NCBI GenBank assembly: GCA_010909165.1
Contig: MU008203.1
Coordinates: 378,765 to 442,764, forward strand
Direction: 5' to 3'
Source of the DNA: Anthoceros angustus
Taxonomy: Eukaryota; Plantae; Anthocerotophyta
Length of the DNA: 64,000 bases
Below are positions 49,970-62,278 of the stretch, piece by piece. The notes beneath the pieces are model-generated. The model saw nothing but the letters and a program-made list of their open reading frames with translations, was not told the DNA's origin and did no database searches. Made by a program: the position numbers and the translations under genes. Numbering within the stretch: position 1 is the stretch's first letter; the number at the start of each line of letters is the position of its first letter.

Positions 49970-50830
49970 GAGACTTTATGAAAAGAACGATATGGGAAAT
50001 CCATCTACCCCGAGGCGAAAGGGAACAACCCCACGGGCACCGGTGTGCCTCACACTAATCTACCCTATAACCCCCAACCGCCCCAAGATGTCGTCCAAGA
50101 TAGGAAGGGCCTACTTACCATTGGTGCCGCCGATGCCCCATCTCCAGGACACGTGATCGACCTAAAGATGGCGCTGGCTAACACCACCCTTTGCAGGGCG
50201 ATGGAAACCCATTGCCTGAAATATGCCACGACACTGGAAAGGGGAAGGCCAACCCCGTCCCTCTCGTTGTGGTAGGCCCTTGCGCACTCCTTGATGAACT
50301 GATAAAAAAACTGTACCCAAGGCCCCATGGGTTTCAATGGCAAAGGTATGAATGTGACCTTGCTGCATGGGCCTGTACTTGTAAATTTTCTTAGTTGCGC
50401 TCCCTTCCACCGCCCAACCTGGAGGGTTGATGATGACATGGTTGCTAACAAAATCTTTGGTCGGGTCAGTGACAACCACGTCCGCAACTGAAACCTCGTC
50501 CCCCGCGTCAAGTAAAAGTCGGCTCTGATAGAGACGCCATTGAACAGAGTATACTGCTGCTCCTTAAAAGGGAAGAAACCGCTCTCCTTGGCCATCGAGA
50601 ACATGACGTCTCGGATGGCGTCGTGTGTAGCAATTCGTTGTCCACCCATTGGACAATGCACTAAGTGGGTCCGGGGTTGTCGATGGAGGCCCTGCAGCAG
50701 CAGGCCGGAACAAAACACTCTAGTGGACCAGACCCAGGCGAAACCTCATCGCGGTAGAAAAAGAAGCTGGTGCGATTCAGAACGTTTGGATGCAAGGGCG
50801 GGCCAGAAGTCAAGAAGTTGCACCCTTCCC
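49970..50830 (-). mobile_element. 5'-truncated non-LTR retrotransposon with restriction-like endonuclease (CRE-like)
   Basis: HLVHC..GG.RIATHDAIRD (zinc knuckle + RH/HD), RADFYL...DVVV (PD..D), KKIYKY, FAIETHGALG and FRQWVSIALQR. One or more frameshifts. The 3' end abuts a TA run. Confidence 0.75.
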
Positions 50831-53660
50831 TGAACAAAGAGTGATATGTAAGATGAGAACTAGGAGGAGAAACAATCCATATGGAAAGAGTGTGCTTCTT
50901 AGATAAAGGATTTCAATTCTTTATTAGATTTTTAGAGAGAACTCATGTACTAGTGGAAGATGTTTAAGGCATAGTCCAGAATATAATTAGATTTTAATTA
51001 AGATTACATCTTTTTTTACCAGAAAATACTCACTTCATGTTCTTATACTTCCCCCTTCCAATCCCGCAATCATATGTCCTCCCTTGTCCTCCCTTATCCT
51101 CTCTTCTTCTCCCTTTAGGACTGTCGCATTAGCCAGTCCATTCATTAGAACCCCGTGGTTAGGTAACGCTCTGGTCGAATCACAACTACGATGGGGTATC
51201 TCCCTCCTTCAATTACTCTGGCCCTTGGTGGCCTGTTTGTCAGGAGTGGCCCTTGGTGGCATGTGGCCTGTCTGGTCTAGAGTCCTTCGAGGCCGTATAT
51301 ATGATTTTTGCAATCTCGCCCGCAAAAAGAACTGTTATTATAAGGTTGTGAAACTCTTGGAGGAAGGGTTGTAATATCCTTCGGGCTGCGGGATATTATG
51401 ATCTCCGGAGTAGGGCCCTTCGAGGCCCTCCAAATTATATAGAATGTAAATATTCAAAATACTGCAAACATATTTGCCTTCGCAAAGACTGTGCTAGTCC
51501 TCCTGAGTAATTCACCTAGTTGTTTGGGGTTCTGTAGGGTACACTGCTCAGGCACATACAAAAAAAACACCGTACGAAAACAGAAAGGGTTGAACCATCA
51601 TCTTCCACCTGATGGACATGCTTTCATCCAGGAACAGTGGTACTGGACGTATCCAGGTCCAAACATCAACATAATCATATCTCGACAAGGGTGCACCTGC
51701 AAGTCATAGCATATTCGATTTCTTCTCTGCAACAGATGTATCTCTTTGAAGGAAATTCACAAAGAAATCCTCATTCTGAAAGGTCTTTGACACGTCTAGA
51801 CGAGCACAGAAGGGGGAAAGGGTCCGAGATATCTCAATAGGCCCTCAGGAGCAACAAAGAGGAACGAGGGATATCTTGCTTGTGTTTGAAACCACAATGA
51901 CGGTTTCGTAACTCTGTGCAATGTCCACCAGGGCCAAACCAACGAGTCTGTTACCAGCCGTAAGCACAACAATGACACCGCCAGGATTAAGAATTCCTGC
52001 CCCTCAGCAGCCTCCCCATACGAGCCACTGAATTCGCGAGAAAAGCTTGACCTGTGATCAGCAAGACCCAAACCAAAGACGTCCATCTGTAGCAACGAGC
52101 AAAAGTATAAGAGGCTCTTGTTGATCATGCACACAGTTGCTGATGTAACTACTGGTCCATGCTGTAGTCTCTTTCTCTAAGGACGTTCCTTAAAGATTGC
52201 TGCCGAAAGGTAATGGGCTCCTTTGGGTATTGCCATGGCCACAGCTTAACAACGTTGCAAATCAGCAGGCACACTATCAGACTAAAGTTAAGGTAAGAGG
52301 ATATGAGACCATAGGTTAAGGTGAGAGGTATATGAGACCATAGGTTAAAGTGAGGGGGATCTTGCAGATGGATGGAGGATGGCATAGTGCATCTGTTATC
52401 TGCGGTTCTGTAACCTGAGGGCAGTGCATTTGCGGAGTAGCCACGTTATCACATCCTGCGGTACTTGAAAAACACAGTACCAGTAGAAAGACTGGCCAGC
52501 ATGGTAGAACCTTTCGGAGCAGCTGTTTACAGTTATCCCCAGTGGTGTGCTCGTGTTTTCGGGCCCTGTCCCTGCAAGCAACGAGCTGGACGCATGATGT
52601 AACTACGTGTGAGCTCAGAAACATCCTTCCAACGATGAGGACCAAGCATGGCCATTGATGTTTGATGGCTTGAAGCAAAGAAGGGCTTAAATTGAATGCA
52701 TCTCTCAGGTGGTATGAACGTCGGGATAGTCTCTTTCTCCTGTGTCACGATGCAGTTCGCAGTGGCACCAGATAAGAGACTTCGTGTGTGCTACTGTGAG
52801 CTCCTGTCAACAAACTGTTGCCCAACCACTCTGACAGGAGCAATCAAGCTGGAGTTGGGTCGAAGCCACACAACGGTGACAATTCTGTGTGACGTGGGGA
52901 ACCAGATACCAGAGCACGCTTTAGAATGTGGAAGCCAAGGGCTGCCACATCCTGCTGGTTATAGATCCAGCCTATGAAGAGGTAACGTCTCCGCAGTGTT
53001 CGAGGAGGTGAAGGCTTAAATTTGCTTTTTCTGTAGACATTCATCAATTGTATGGGACACCCTGTCGCAAGCGCTCGCTTCCCGTTCTCGGCGAAGAGGC
53101 GTGATTTGTCTCATCCCAGGGTGACCTCAGGCGGAGACACAAGCAGGGGCACATTGGACAAATCCTTTAAATAAAGCCGGAAACTCACGAACAACATGTT
53201 AGCTGCAGTGAGGGTGACGCAAGGTGCATGATGTATGCGTCTGCGCCATCAAAATGCTCCGCTTTTGGAGAAAACTTTCAGGTGGACAAGCCAAGCGGAT
53301 GGTGATCTCACTTGCATCATTCAAAGAATCGTACATAAGGAAAGACTACCTACATAGATACATACAGGAAGCTGCGATGTGGCCAAAATCCGGTAGAGTG
53401 TAAGGTATTTACATATGTGTACAATCCGCAGTTGGAAATCTGCCTCAACAGTCCCGCACTCGCCCTCGTTCTGGCAATTCTGCTATGCTTCAAGAGTTCC
53501 CTCATCCAACCTTGGTTGGCGACCTGTGGTCAGGTGCCCTTGTGGCCATTCCTGGTGAGCTTGTCGTCATTCCTGGTGGTGACTTTGTGGCCATTCCGAA
53601 CACCGCCTGGTGAATCACCGCCTGGTTGATCATCACTCCCTGAGATGACCATTTGCGCAG

Positions 53661-53680
53661 ACACACACACACACACACAC
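53661..53680. repeat. (CA)n microsatellite
   Basis: acacacacacacacacacac. Confidence 0.9.
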
Positions 53681-53873
53681 ATGCACAAAGCTAGGTTAGC
53701 CAACGTTGAGGTGAAGAATTGTGCAAGATGCTTGCAACAAGAGTCACCGGGAGGGGCAGCTTGCCATGGCATGGTTGTTCGGCGCATGATGCTGGTGCTG
53801 GTGCTCCGCGATTTGTCTCTGCATCTCCACATCGCGGGAATCCACGGTCCTGCAAAGGTTCGCAATTTCAATT

Positions 53874-55562
53874 TCACCTCGTGAGGAACAAGAAACACAA
53901 GAACGAAATCGAGGGGACTCGACTCGACTCCAGCCGAGTGGTTTGTACATACCATGGGCCTCGGACGGACGGGTCGTCGAACTTGCTCCGGACGCTTTCG
54001 TCGTACTTGCTGCGGACGCTGTCGTCGTAGCGGTCGCCGTCCTCCCAGAGCGCGTAGGCCTCCTCGCCGTGGGCGGCGTCGTCGCCGACCGCGAGCTGCT
54101 CGTCGCTCATGCAGCGGCACAACCATGCGGATGACCAGCAAGATGATGCTGGTGATCACCATATTCCAGCCCGCCACGAACAGGGCGCCCGCCAGCTGCT
54201 TCAGCACCTGCGGCGCGGTTCTGGTGAACCGCCTTCTTGCACCCGAAGATGAGGCACATGTCTTGCGTCGCGAACAGACCTGCAGCATGGATGACATTCA
54301 ATTCAATTCCATGCAACTCGATTCAATACGAGTGGCGTTGCGCGCGGAAGAACTCACACACTGCAATGGAATGCGCACCTGTGAGGAGGCCGCCGACGAC
54401 CCCGGCGACGGCGTGGGTATGGAAGACGCCGAGGGTGTCGTCGATCTGGGCCAGGAAGCGGATCTGCCGGTGCAGCTTCATCATGGTGAACCAGGGCACG
54501 GTGCCGGCGGCGATGCCGTACACCATGGCGACCCAGCCGTGCAGGCCGGCGCCGGGCGTGATGCACACCAGGCCCGCGAACATGCCCTGCACGGCCCCGA
54601 TCACGCTGGGCTTGCGGAAGTAGAAGATGTCGAGCGCCGTCCAGCTGAGCAGCGCCGTGGCCGCGGACAGGTTGGTGTTGAGGATGGCCAGCGACGCGTC
54701 CTGCCCCGCCGCGTACGGCGCCCCGCCGTTGAATCCGTTCCATCCCAACCACAGTATTCCCGCCCCGCACAGCATGAGCAGCACGTTGTTGGGCGGGAAC
54801 CGCTCCCTGTCCTGCGGCAGCCTCGGCCCTACCTGTTGTTGTTGCCACAGCAATGACACACCTGAGTTCTTGAGCGCGAGGATACTTCATGGAACGATTT
54901 TGCAAGAAGAGAAGAAGCATATGAACAAGAAGAAGAAGAAGGAGGAGGAAGGGGAGGTTGTGGGTGGTGGTGACAGACCCAGTATGCGGCAACGAGGCCC
55001 GCGACGCCGGAGGAGACGTGGATGACATAGCCGCCGGAGAAGTCGATGACGCCGAACTGGAAGAGGAAGCCGCCGCCCCACAGGCTGAAGGCGCCCACGG
55101 TGTAGGAGAAGAGGAGCCAGAGGGGCACGAACATCATCCAGGCCCAGAAATTCATGCGCCCCAGGATGGAGCCGGCGATGAGGATGACGGTGAGCGCGGC
55201 GAAGGCGAACTGGTAGTAGATGAGTGTGGACATGGGGAAGAAGAGCAGCTGCGGCTGGTTGTGGTACGCCGCCCGCTGGGTGAGGAAGCTGGGCCCCAGA
55301 ATGGTGTTCGGCCAGCCCCATATGGGCAGCATCTGCTCCCCGAACGACATCCGGAAGCCCACCAGCGCCCAGCACACCAGCACCGCCGCGAACGCGTACA
55401 GCGCCATGAAGGCCGAGTTCACCGCCCACTTCTTCTTCACGATGCTCCCGTACAGGATCACCAGACCCGGCACCGACTGCAGCCCCACCAGCGTCCCCGC
55501 CAGCATCTGCCACGCATTGTCCCCTTCACCAGCCATTCCGGCTCCAACGCCACCGTCGTCAT
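53874..55562 (-). CDS. AMT2: Ammonium transporter, plant AMT2/AMT3 subfamily (3 exons; apparent frameshifts probably sequencing errors)
   Basis: [19 protein letters not shown]...[55 protein letters not shown]...[46 protein letters not shown]. Introns at ~54978-54834 and ~54378-54280. The exact stop is uncertain. Confidence 0.9.
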
Positions 55563-58409
55563 CTTTCAATTCACCGAGCACTACACTCTACAAGGTCTCG
55601 CAATCCCGCACCACCCACCTCCCGCCCCTCTTCCTAAATTCGCACCTTGTTCACCATGTGCATTCGCATTGATGAAATGGTCTCTCCCGCACCACTTCCG
55701 TAGATCACCATGCGCCTGCATCCATTCATAATTGATTGCCAGCTCTTTCCTTCCTCCCTCCCTTCCTTCCTGCCAGATCACAGCCGTGTGCGCCCTGCTG
55801 CCATTTCCATCCCCGGGGCTGCCGCTGCTGTTATCTGATCCGTTGACAAAAGACGGTGCCCCCCGTCCAAGGCGGAGGAGAAGGGAATGCCTCGGGGCGA
55901 GTCGGCGATGGCGCCAAGACTCTGTCTCGGCGCGCTACGACGCGATGGAGTCAAGTGCCAGCCTGCGCGCAGCCACACAGCCAGGCAACGCTGTGAACCA
56001 AAGCGCACGCTGCCATATGTTTTTTTTTCACCACCTGCCTAATTTCAGATTCCGTCGCTTCCCACCAGATTCCTTCTCCCCACCCAAGACGCGCCCGCGC
56101 CCCATATTTTATCTCACTAAAACGGATGCCAGAATTTGCAAGATGGCCCACTCCGGTCTCCTGGTGCACATGCAAGTATCCCACAATTCACACTCTCTAC
56201 ACATTCCCGACAATTTGATGCTTGGTTAGGTGCTAGGCCGGAGGATCACATCTTCTTGCTTAACACCAAGCCGTAAACCGTGAATGTGTACTCTGGATCG
56301 CGTGGCTTAGGCTCTCTACTTAGCTTGCACAAGAATCAATCAAACGGATTCGCATGCCAAGTCTTGTGAAGTCCTGTTGTGTGTCCGATTCAGTACAACA
56401 CAATGACCCGACGTTACCACGGTTGAGGGTTTTCCTTTTCGTAATTTGTGCTTTATGAGAAACAAGATATTATCCTTTATTTAACTATTGATGTGGAGGA
56501 GCGGTGCTTGCTTTATGGACGGATGACCCTCATGACAGTCAACGTCCTTGCACAAAAGTGAAGTAGATGAGCTGAATGCGTTTAGAACGCTTGCAGCGAA
56601 TGGTAAATCGCCTAGGAAAGAGTGAGGCGCTGCGCTTTGCGCTCACGGCACGGCGGCCTGCTGATTTGCATACCCTGGCCTCGATCCCCATTCCATTCGG
56701 GCTCAGACGCGGCGCCCCGATTTCTCCTCTTCTTCAGCCTTGGGACTCTTGGCCTTGGTGTTGGAGTGGCCGCACTGTTGGAACGCCTCTTTCCCACCTG
56801 TGTACTGCACTGCAAATAATAAGCAGGAGGCGCAGCGCTCACTGTGCCTGTTGTGGTGCACCCGCCGCGCGGGCTTAAACTGGAGTGAGGACGAGTGAAA
56901 CGAGATTCCGGATCTCTACAGCTTGAGATGAGTGAGGTCTCTGGATCTTGCTATTGGCCTATCTCTGCTTGTCATGTCTGACATGTGCATGCTATTACAT
57001 ACCTGCTTTGCTGTTGGAAAGGAAGGACACGGATAGGGTTCGTTGCCCTCAGGCATTGTGGCCGCCTAAGGATGCCATTTGCGGCAGCTTCCAGCTGATT
57101 CTTTGAAATACCATGGCCCGCACATTCGTTTTTCGTCCTCCGGCCAGCAAACAAAAACCAACATGAGCCGCAGGCCAGGCCGGAAGGAAGGAAGGATCCT
57201 TCCGGCCTGGAAGAAGGATCCTTCTGCAGCAGTGCTCAGGATTTGGTAGCAGCTTCTGTTTGGAACAAAGGATCGGATCTGTACAGGAACAGGCACTTGC
57301 ACGTTGCAACAAATTCGCAAGAAATGGCAGGCAGGTAAACCGTGGTGCTCCTCCTTTCACGCTCCAGCTTGCCGGTGTGACATCATGACGAGCTGGTCCT
57401 GGTTCAGGAGGTGCGGTCACGTCGCCATCGCACCGCGGCCGTGCGGTGCCACTTGTCCACTTCTTGGATTTCAGACGCGCCACTTGTTACTTGCTCACAA
57501 GACAAGGGAGAAACCAGCCAGCAAAGTCGAGCGCTGGTGGACGCTAGGTCTTCCGATTCCGCACTTGTCTGCGACGTTACGCTGGCAGCACAACAAGTGT
57601 GGCCATGGCCTTGGCTGTCCTCGGCCTCGGGCTCGGGGTCTCGAGCATGCACTGTCGGAGTCAGTCGGTTCCGCGATTGTTCCGGCACATGCAATTGCAT
57701 CCTTCCCGCTCCTCCTGTAAGCCAAGCCGCGCAGCAGCGTCGAGCCTCTCTTCATTCAGGCGTGAAGAAACACCGGCATCCAGGTGAACTCCGAAGATGG
57801 CCCGACATTGCTCGCTGCTGCTGCTCACGACCGCAGCCGCGCTGCTGGCGGAGTTGCAGTTGCTACCGCGCCCGGCCCCTGAGCTCCCCGAACGTGCAGA
57901 CCGGGATCTTGGAATTTGGCATCAACATCGGCCTCCGCTTTGGGGACTGCGTCAGCAGAACCTTGCCGGACAACGCGCTGATTGCTCCCCATGTGAAGCA
58001 GCAGTGCCTGACGTCGCTGCTGCAGCAACGTCGATCTCATGTCCTGCTGCCAAGTCGCCAAAGGCTCCCCGACTGCTTCTGCCCGCTGCTCAACCAATCC
58101 TCTGTCCTCTCCTACTGGTTCGACCTGGACCAGTCGCTGTTGCAGGAGAGGGTGGACGCAGTTGCTCCTTCAGAGGAGTCGAGAATGTTACTTCCAGCTG
58201 CGGATATGCCTGATAGGTACATATCTTGTACAGATTTGGAGCTGTAGGCTGCTTGGGCGGACATGTGTGATCGGTAATCCCTCGTACAAGTTTTCAAGCT
58301 GTAGGCTGCTTGTGCTGACATGTCAGCTGCATCTCTTGTTCGGTTTTAGAGCTCTCGGCTACTGTAACCCAAAGCTTGATGCGTATGTATGTGTTTATGA
58401 TGAGTCGAT

Positions 58410-60550
58410 TTTGTTATCCGCAGGAACAGGACCCGACTCTGAGTTGTGCAATCGCTGCGTGTCTCAGACTGTGATATCTCGCCTTTCAATTCTCGAATAA
58501 GCGTAGTTGCGTATTTCCGTTGTGACAGTGGTAACACACCCGAAAGTCTGATGATTAACAGAGGCGTACTGTCGACGGTGTTGAGGAGACCGAAAGCCAC
58601 GGCCATACTCTTTTCTCCCGCTCCGCCAGCCCCGCGTTCTGTTCTTCCATTGCTACATCCTCCGCAGTTAAGCAGCCGTGTCGTCTCTGTTTCCGCCGAC
58701 GGTAAACTCATGAACCTGGTAGACACACTTCGATAAACGCCATCACGCGCCTTTCCTCAACACCTACAGCCTTCCACGAGGCTTCGGTGGTGCGAACTTC
58801 CTCCCATCCGCCAGTGTCTGCGTATGTTTCCGACATCAGAACACACTCGGCGACCTCCTCGGAATTCCTATGCACCACCTCGTCAAGCGACGTCCTCCTC
58901 TCTCGACACTGCCGAGCGATTCGTAAGCACTCACCAAGGACGTCCAGCTCGCGCTGCCGTTTTTTAACACCTTTTCTACCTCGTGTAGTCGGCCAGCTAA
59001 GCCCAGAGGATCGACCATGCAATTGTAATTCTTGCATGCTAGCTGGTGAGCTGCCATGTTCCGCTGCCATGGTATTGGTGTTTTTCGCCTTCGTCCACCT
59101 CGCCCACATGACTACACGCATACGGCAGAGAATGTTGCAGCATCAGGCTCCACACCGTGTTGCAGCATCTCCTCGAAGAACTTAACTGCCATGCCCAAAT
59201 CGTCATGCTGGGCGTGGCCATTGAGATGCTGTCCGGGTCACCACATCCGCCGCTCGTAGTCCGTCAAACACCAGAGGCGCATCCTCCACGCTACCGCAGT
59301 TCATGTACATGTCCACCAGTCGCCAGCTTCCAGCTCTACTTCCAGAATCTGGGCATGAATCTCCCTGCCGACCTGCAAAGCTCCTGTCCTCTTGATGCTG
59401 TGGGATGATGCCATCCTGCTGCATGCTCACAAACAGATCGAGGGCTACTAAGTACTAACCATCAGCATACCCCGCGATCGTGGCAGCGGAACATGGCAGC
59501 ACATCGAATGCAGCTCGAGCATCCTCCAGATTCCCGCATTTTATGCACAAATCCACAAGAGTGCTCCCCTGAAACAAGTGTGGTTCCAGCCCCCGTCTCC
59601 ATCATTTCCGACTGCATCCTCTTGAAACCCTGCATGTCTCCTGCGTTGCAACACGCTCTTAGGCATCAGACAAAAGTGGTGTTGTCTGCAGCCACACCAT
59701 CCTGTCGCATGGTCCAGTCTAGGCTATAAAAGCTTCCTGGAGACGACCACTGTGAACACATCCAGAAATCGGGGCATTCCATATCACCACAACTCTCAGC
59801 AAGGACTTGGTGAAGACGCCCTTGAGACGTATGCGAGGATGCAGCAGGAGGACATTGCGCCAGACATTGTGGCTACCGTAAGTGCGTCGAAAGTGGCAGT
59901 GTCGGCGGCATACAGTCAGGAGCAAATTCAAGTTCATTCTCAAGTGTTGAAGGTGGGATTTCAGGCTGATGTATTTGCGTGAAGTGCCCTGAAGTCATAG
60001 CATTCCATGCCACCACGTTTATGGTCGACAATCTGTCAAACACTGCTCGAGCATTCCCCAGGCTTCAACATTTCGCGTACATATCCACCCGGGTGCATCC
60101 GACAAACAGGGTGGACTCAAGCCCATCGTCAACCAAATCAGCATGCAGTTCCTTACCAGTTGTCAAATCTGCTCCAGTTGCACACGCCTTAAAAACTGCC
60201 ACCAACATGTGCTCATCTGGTTCAGCATTTGCATGATAGGCTCTACAGCTTGACAACTCTGGCCATGCTCAGCGTACGCGGAAACCATAGATGTCCACAC
60301 ACATGAGTCTCGAAAAGTCAGTGTGCAGAATACATGGTTTGCTTCCAGCACCCTCCCATGAGAAGCATACATTCGGATCAGATAACTCCCGGAGAGGTGT
60401 CTATCCTCGATTCCATGTTTCACACTCTGAGGATGAACTTGCTTCCCCACCATCAAGTTCTTTTCGGCAATGCAACCTTTCAAAAGACTTCAGACCATAT
60501 CCCTCCAGACTGAAATTCCTTGCACGTCCATAATCTCCTGCGCATGCAAA
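58410..60550 (-). pseudogene. PLS-PPR-E-DYW RNA-editing factor, disrupted; DYW domain KP-like
   Basis: PPR motifs (LIRMYASHG, VWTSMVSAYAEHG, DMYAKC, VAWNAM, LVDMYMNCGSVEDA). E region (VLMSETYADTGGWEEV). DYW remnants across frameshifts: AFIEV..VHEFTVG, EK.AVAFGLLNT..TPLLI, FRVCYHCHN, GSCSCG. Internal inversion at 59794-59980. Confidence 0.8.
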
Positions 60551-60879
60551 GCCTCATGCTGATCCTCCTCCCACAATCTGTACCAGGGCCCCAAACATCC
60601 GAGATCCTTCGCCCCTTGGGGCCCTGCAGTTCAACGTACTGTTAAAAGTACAAACTCAAATGCTGAGAAACCAGAAGATTTCCTGTCCACTGGACAGATA
60701 CTGACATACCGATGCAAGAAGGAAACGCAGCAAGGAATTCCACAGCAATACCACAACGCCTAGTATTCAGGCGCGACGTACCCTGGATTTTGCGCTTCCG
60801 GATGAAGTCCTGAACCTTAAAATGAAGGCTTAGGGTTTAGGGGCTTCGTGCCGCCGTGCCTGCTCCCGGAGAAGTCTTG

Positions 60880-61505
60880 GAACGAAGGTCTGGGCAACCA
60901 CCAAAGGGAAGGCGATGGTGGCGTCACAATGCACCTTAATCGGCTTGGCGGAGCCCCAAATTTTCCCCAGGACACGGCTTCGTCCGGAGAAGCTCCGGCA
61001 TCGCTTCCATCATACTCCTGCGCGGTGTTGATGAAGACGGAAAAGTCCGCACCGTTCCTCATCAGGTTAGCGTTGCAAATAAGGTGCTTGGGCAGGCCGC
61101 CTCCGAGACGCTGATGCCGGTCTTGCGCAGGGCAGCGTGCACAGCCTCCCGTTCATCCGCGCAATGTCCTGCACAATATCGATCACCAGGCCCGGGTTCC
61201 GGTAGCAGTGGAAGTGGATCATGTCCCCAGAGAGCCATCGGTGAGCGCAGGGCAGAGCACCGAGACGCCGTTCCTCTGAGCCCAGTACAAAATGGAGCTA
61301 GGGTTGTAGATCTCCTACCCAGCCTGGCAATCACCTTGGACGGCGTCCACAGCACCCCTGCTCCCTCTGCTCGGCCAACAGCCTGTACAGCACCGACATC
61401 ACCCAGTTCTCGAACTTGCAATAGTTGTCGTTGGGCTCCAGCAGGTTCCCGATCCGGTTCACACCCTGAGCCCAGCAGGGCCCCAGGCCCAGCTGGCACC
61501 CCGAC
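60880..61505 (-). pseudogene. DHS: Deoxyhypusine synthase C-terminal half, intronless, frameshifted
   Basis: [109 protein letters not shown]. Confidence 0.85.
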
Positions 61506-61747
61506 GCACTGTTTACTTATTTGAAAGTACTTTTCATCCTTTTATCACAAATAGATAGCGCAGGTCGGTGTTCGGGGCATGGGAATACCGGCCCTCGAAA
61601 TTGGATGCTGCTGGTAAAGTTCTCGCCTATCAATACCTGTGTGAACACAACCAGCTGGAAAGAACGAGCCACCTCTGCCTGCCTGGAAAGAAGGAGCAAC
61701 TCTCCCTGAACCTCGTGGCATTTTCGTCAACTCTCCCGTCTGCACAT

Positions 61748-61806
61748 ATTAAACTCTCACCTATTAAACTCTCACCTATTAAACTCTCACCTATTAAACT
61801 CTCACT
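61748..61806. repeat. Tandem repeat, 15 bp x4
   Basis: attaaactctcacct repeated four times. Confidence 0.9.
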
Positions 61807-62278
61807 CTTGGCCAGGAGCTGAGATAAGAAGATCCCTGCGAATTTTGCAATTTCAACATGCCTAACCTTCCCATCCCAATGGCGCTTGCTCCGGCCGATT
61901 GTTGAATTCCTCTTTACTCTCGGACGTTCTTTTCCAATCTCAACATGCCTAATCTGCCGACCCCAATTGCACTTGCCTTGGCCGAATCTGAATTGTTCTC
62001 TTATCTCGGCGTTTACATCGGCCAATATAGAGTGGAAAATTTCGTAACCATTGGATGGGGCGGGATAATTAGGAGAGGGAGCCGTATGATGGGAGACTAT
62101 CACGTATGGTTACGTGAGAGGGGCGGGCAGCAATGGCCCCTCTCACGAGAAAAAGAAAAAGATGCATAAAAGGCTGAAACCAAAGCTCTTTCAATCGAGA
62201 AAAGATGTACAATGCTCCGTCCCGCCGGTGTTAGAGGTGTACACTGCGACTTCACCTTTCAGTTCGGGCGGATTGGGG

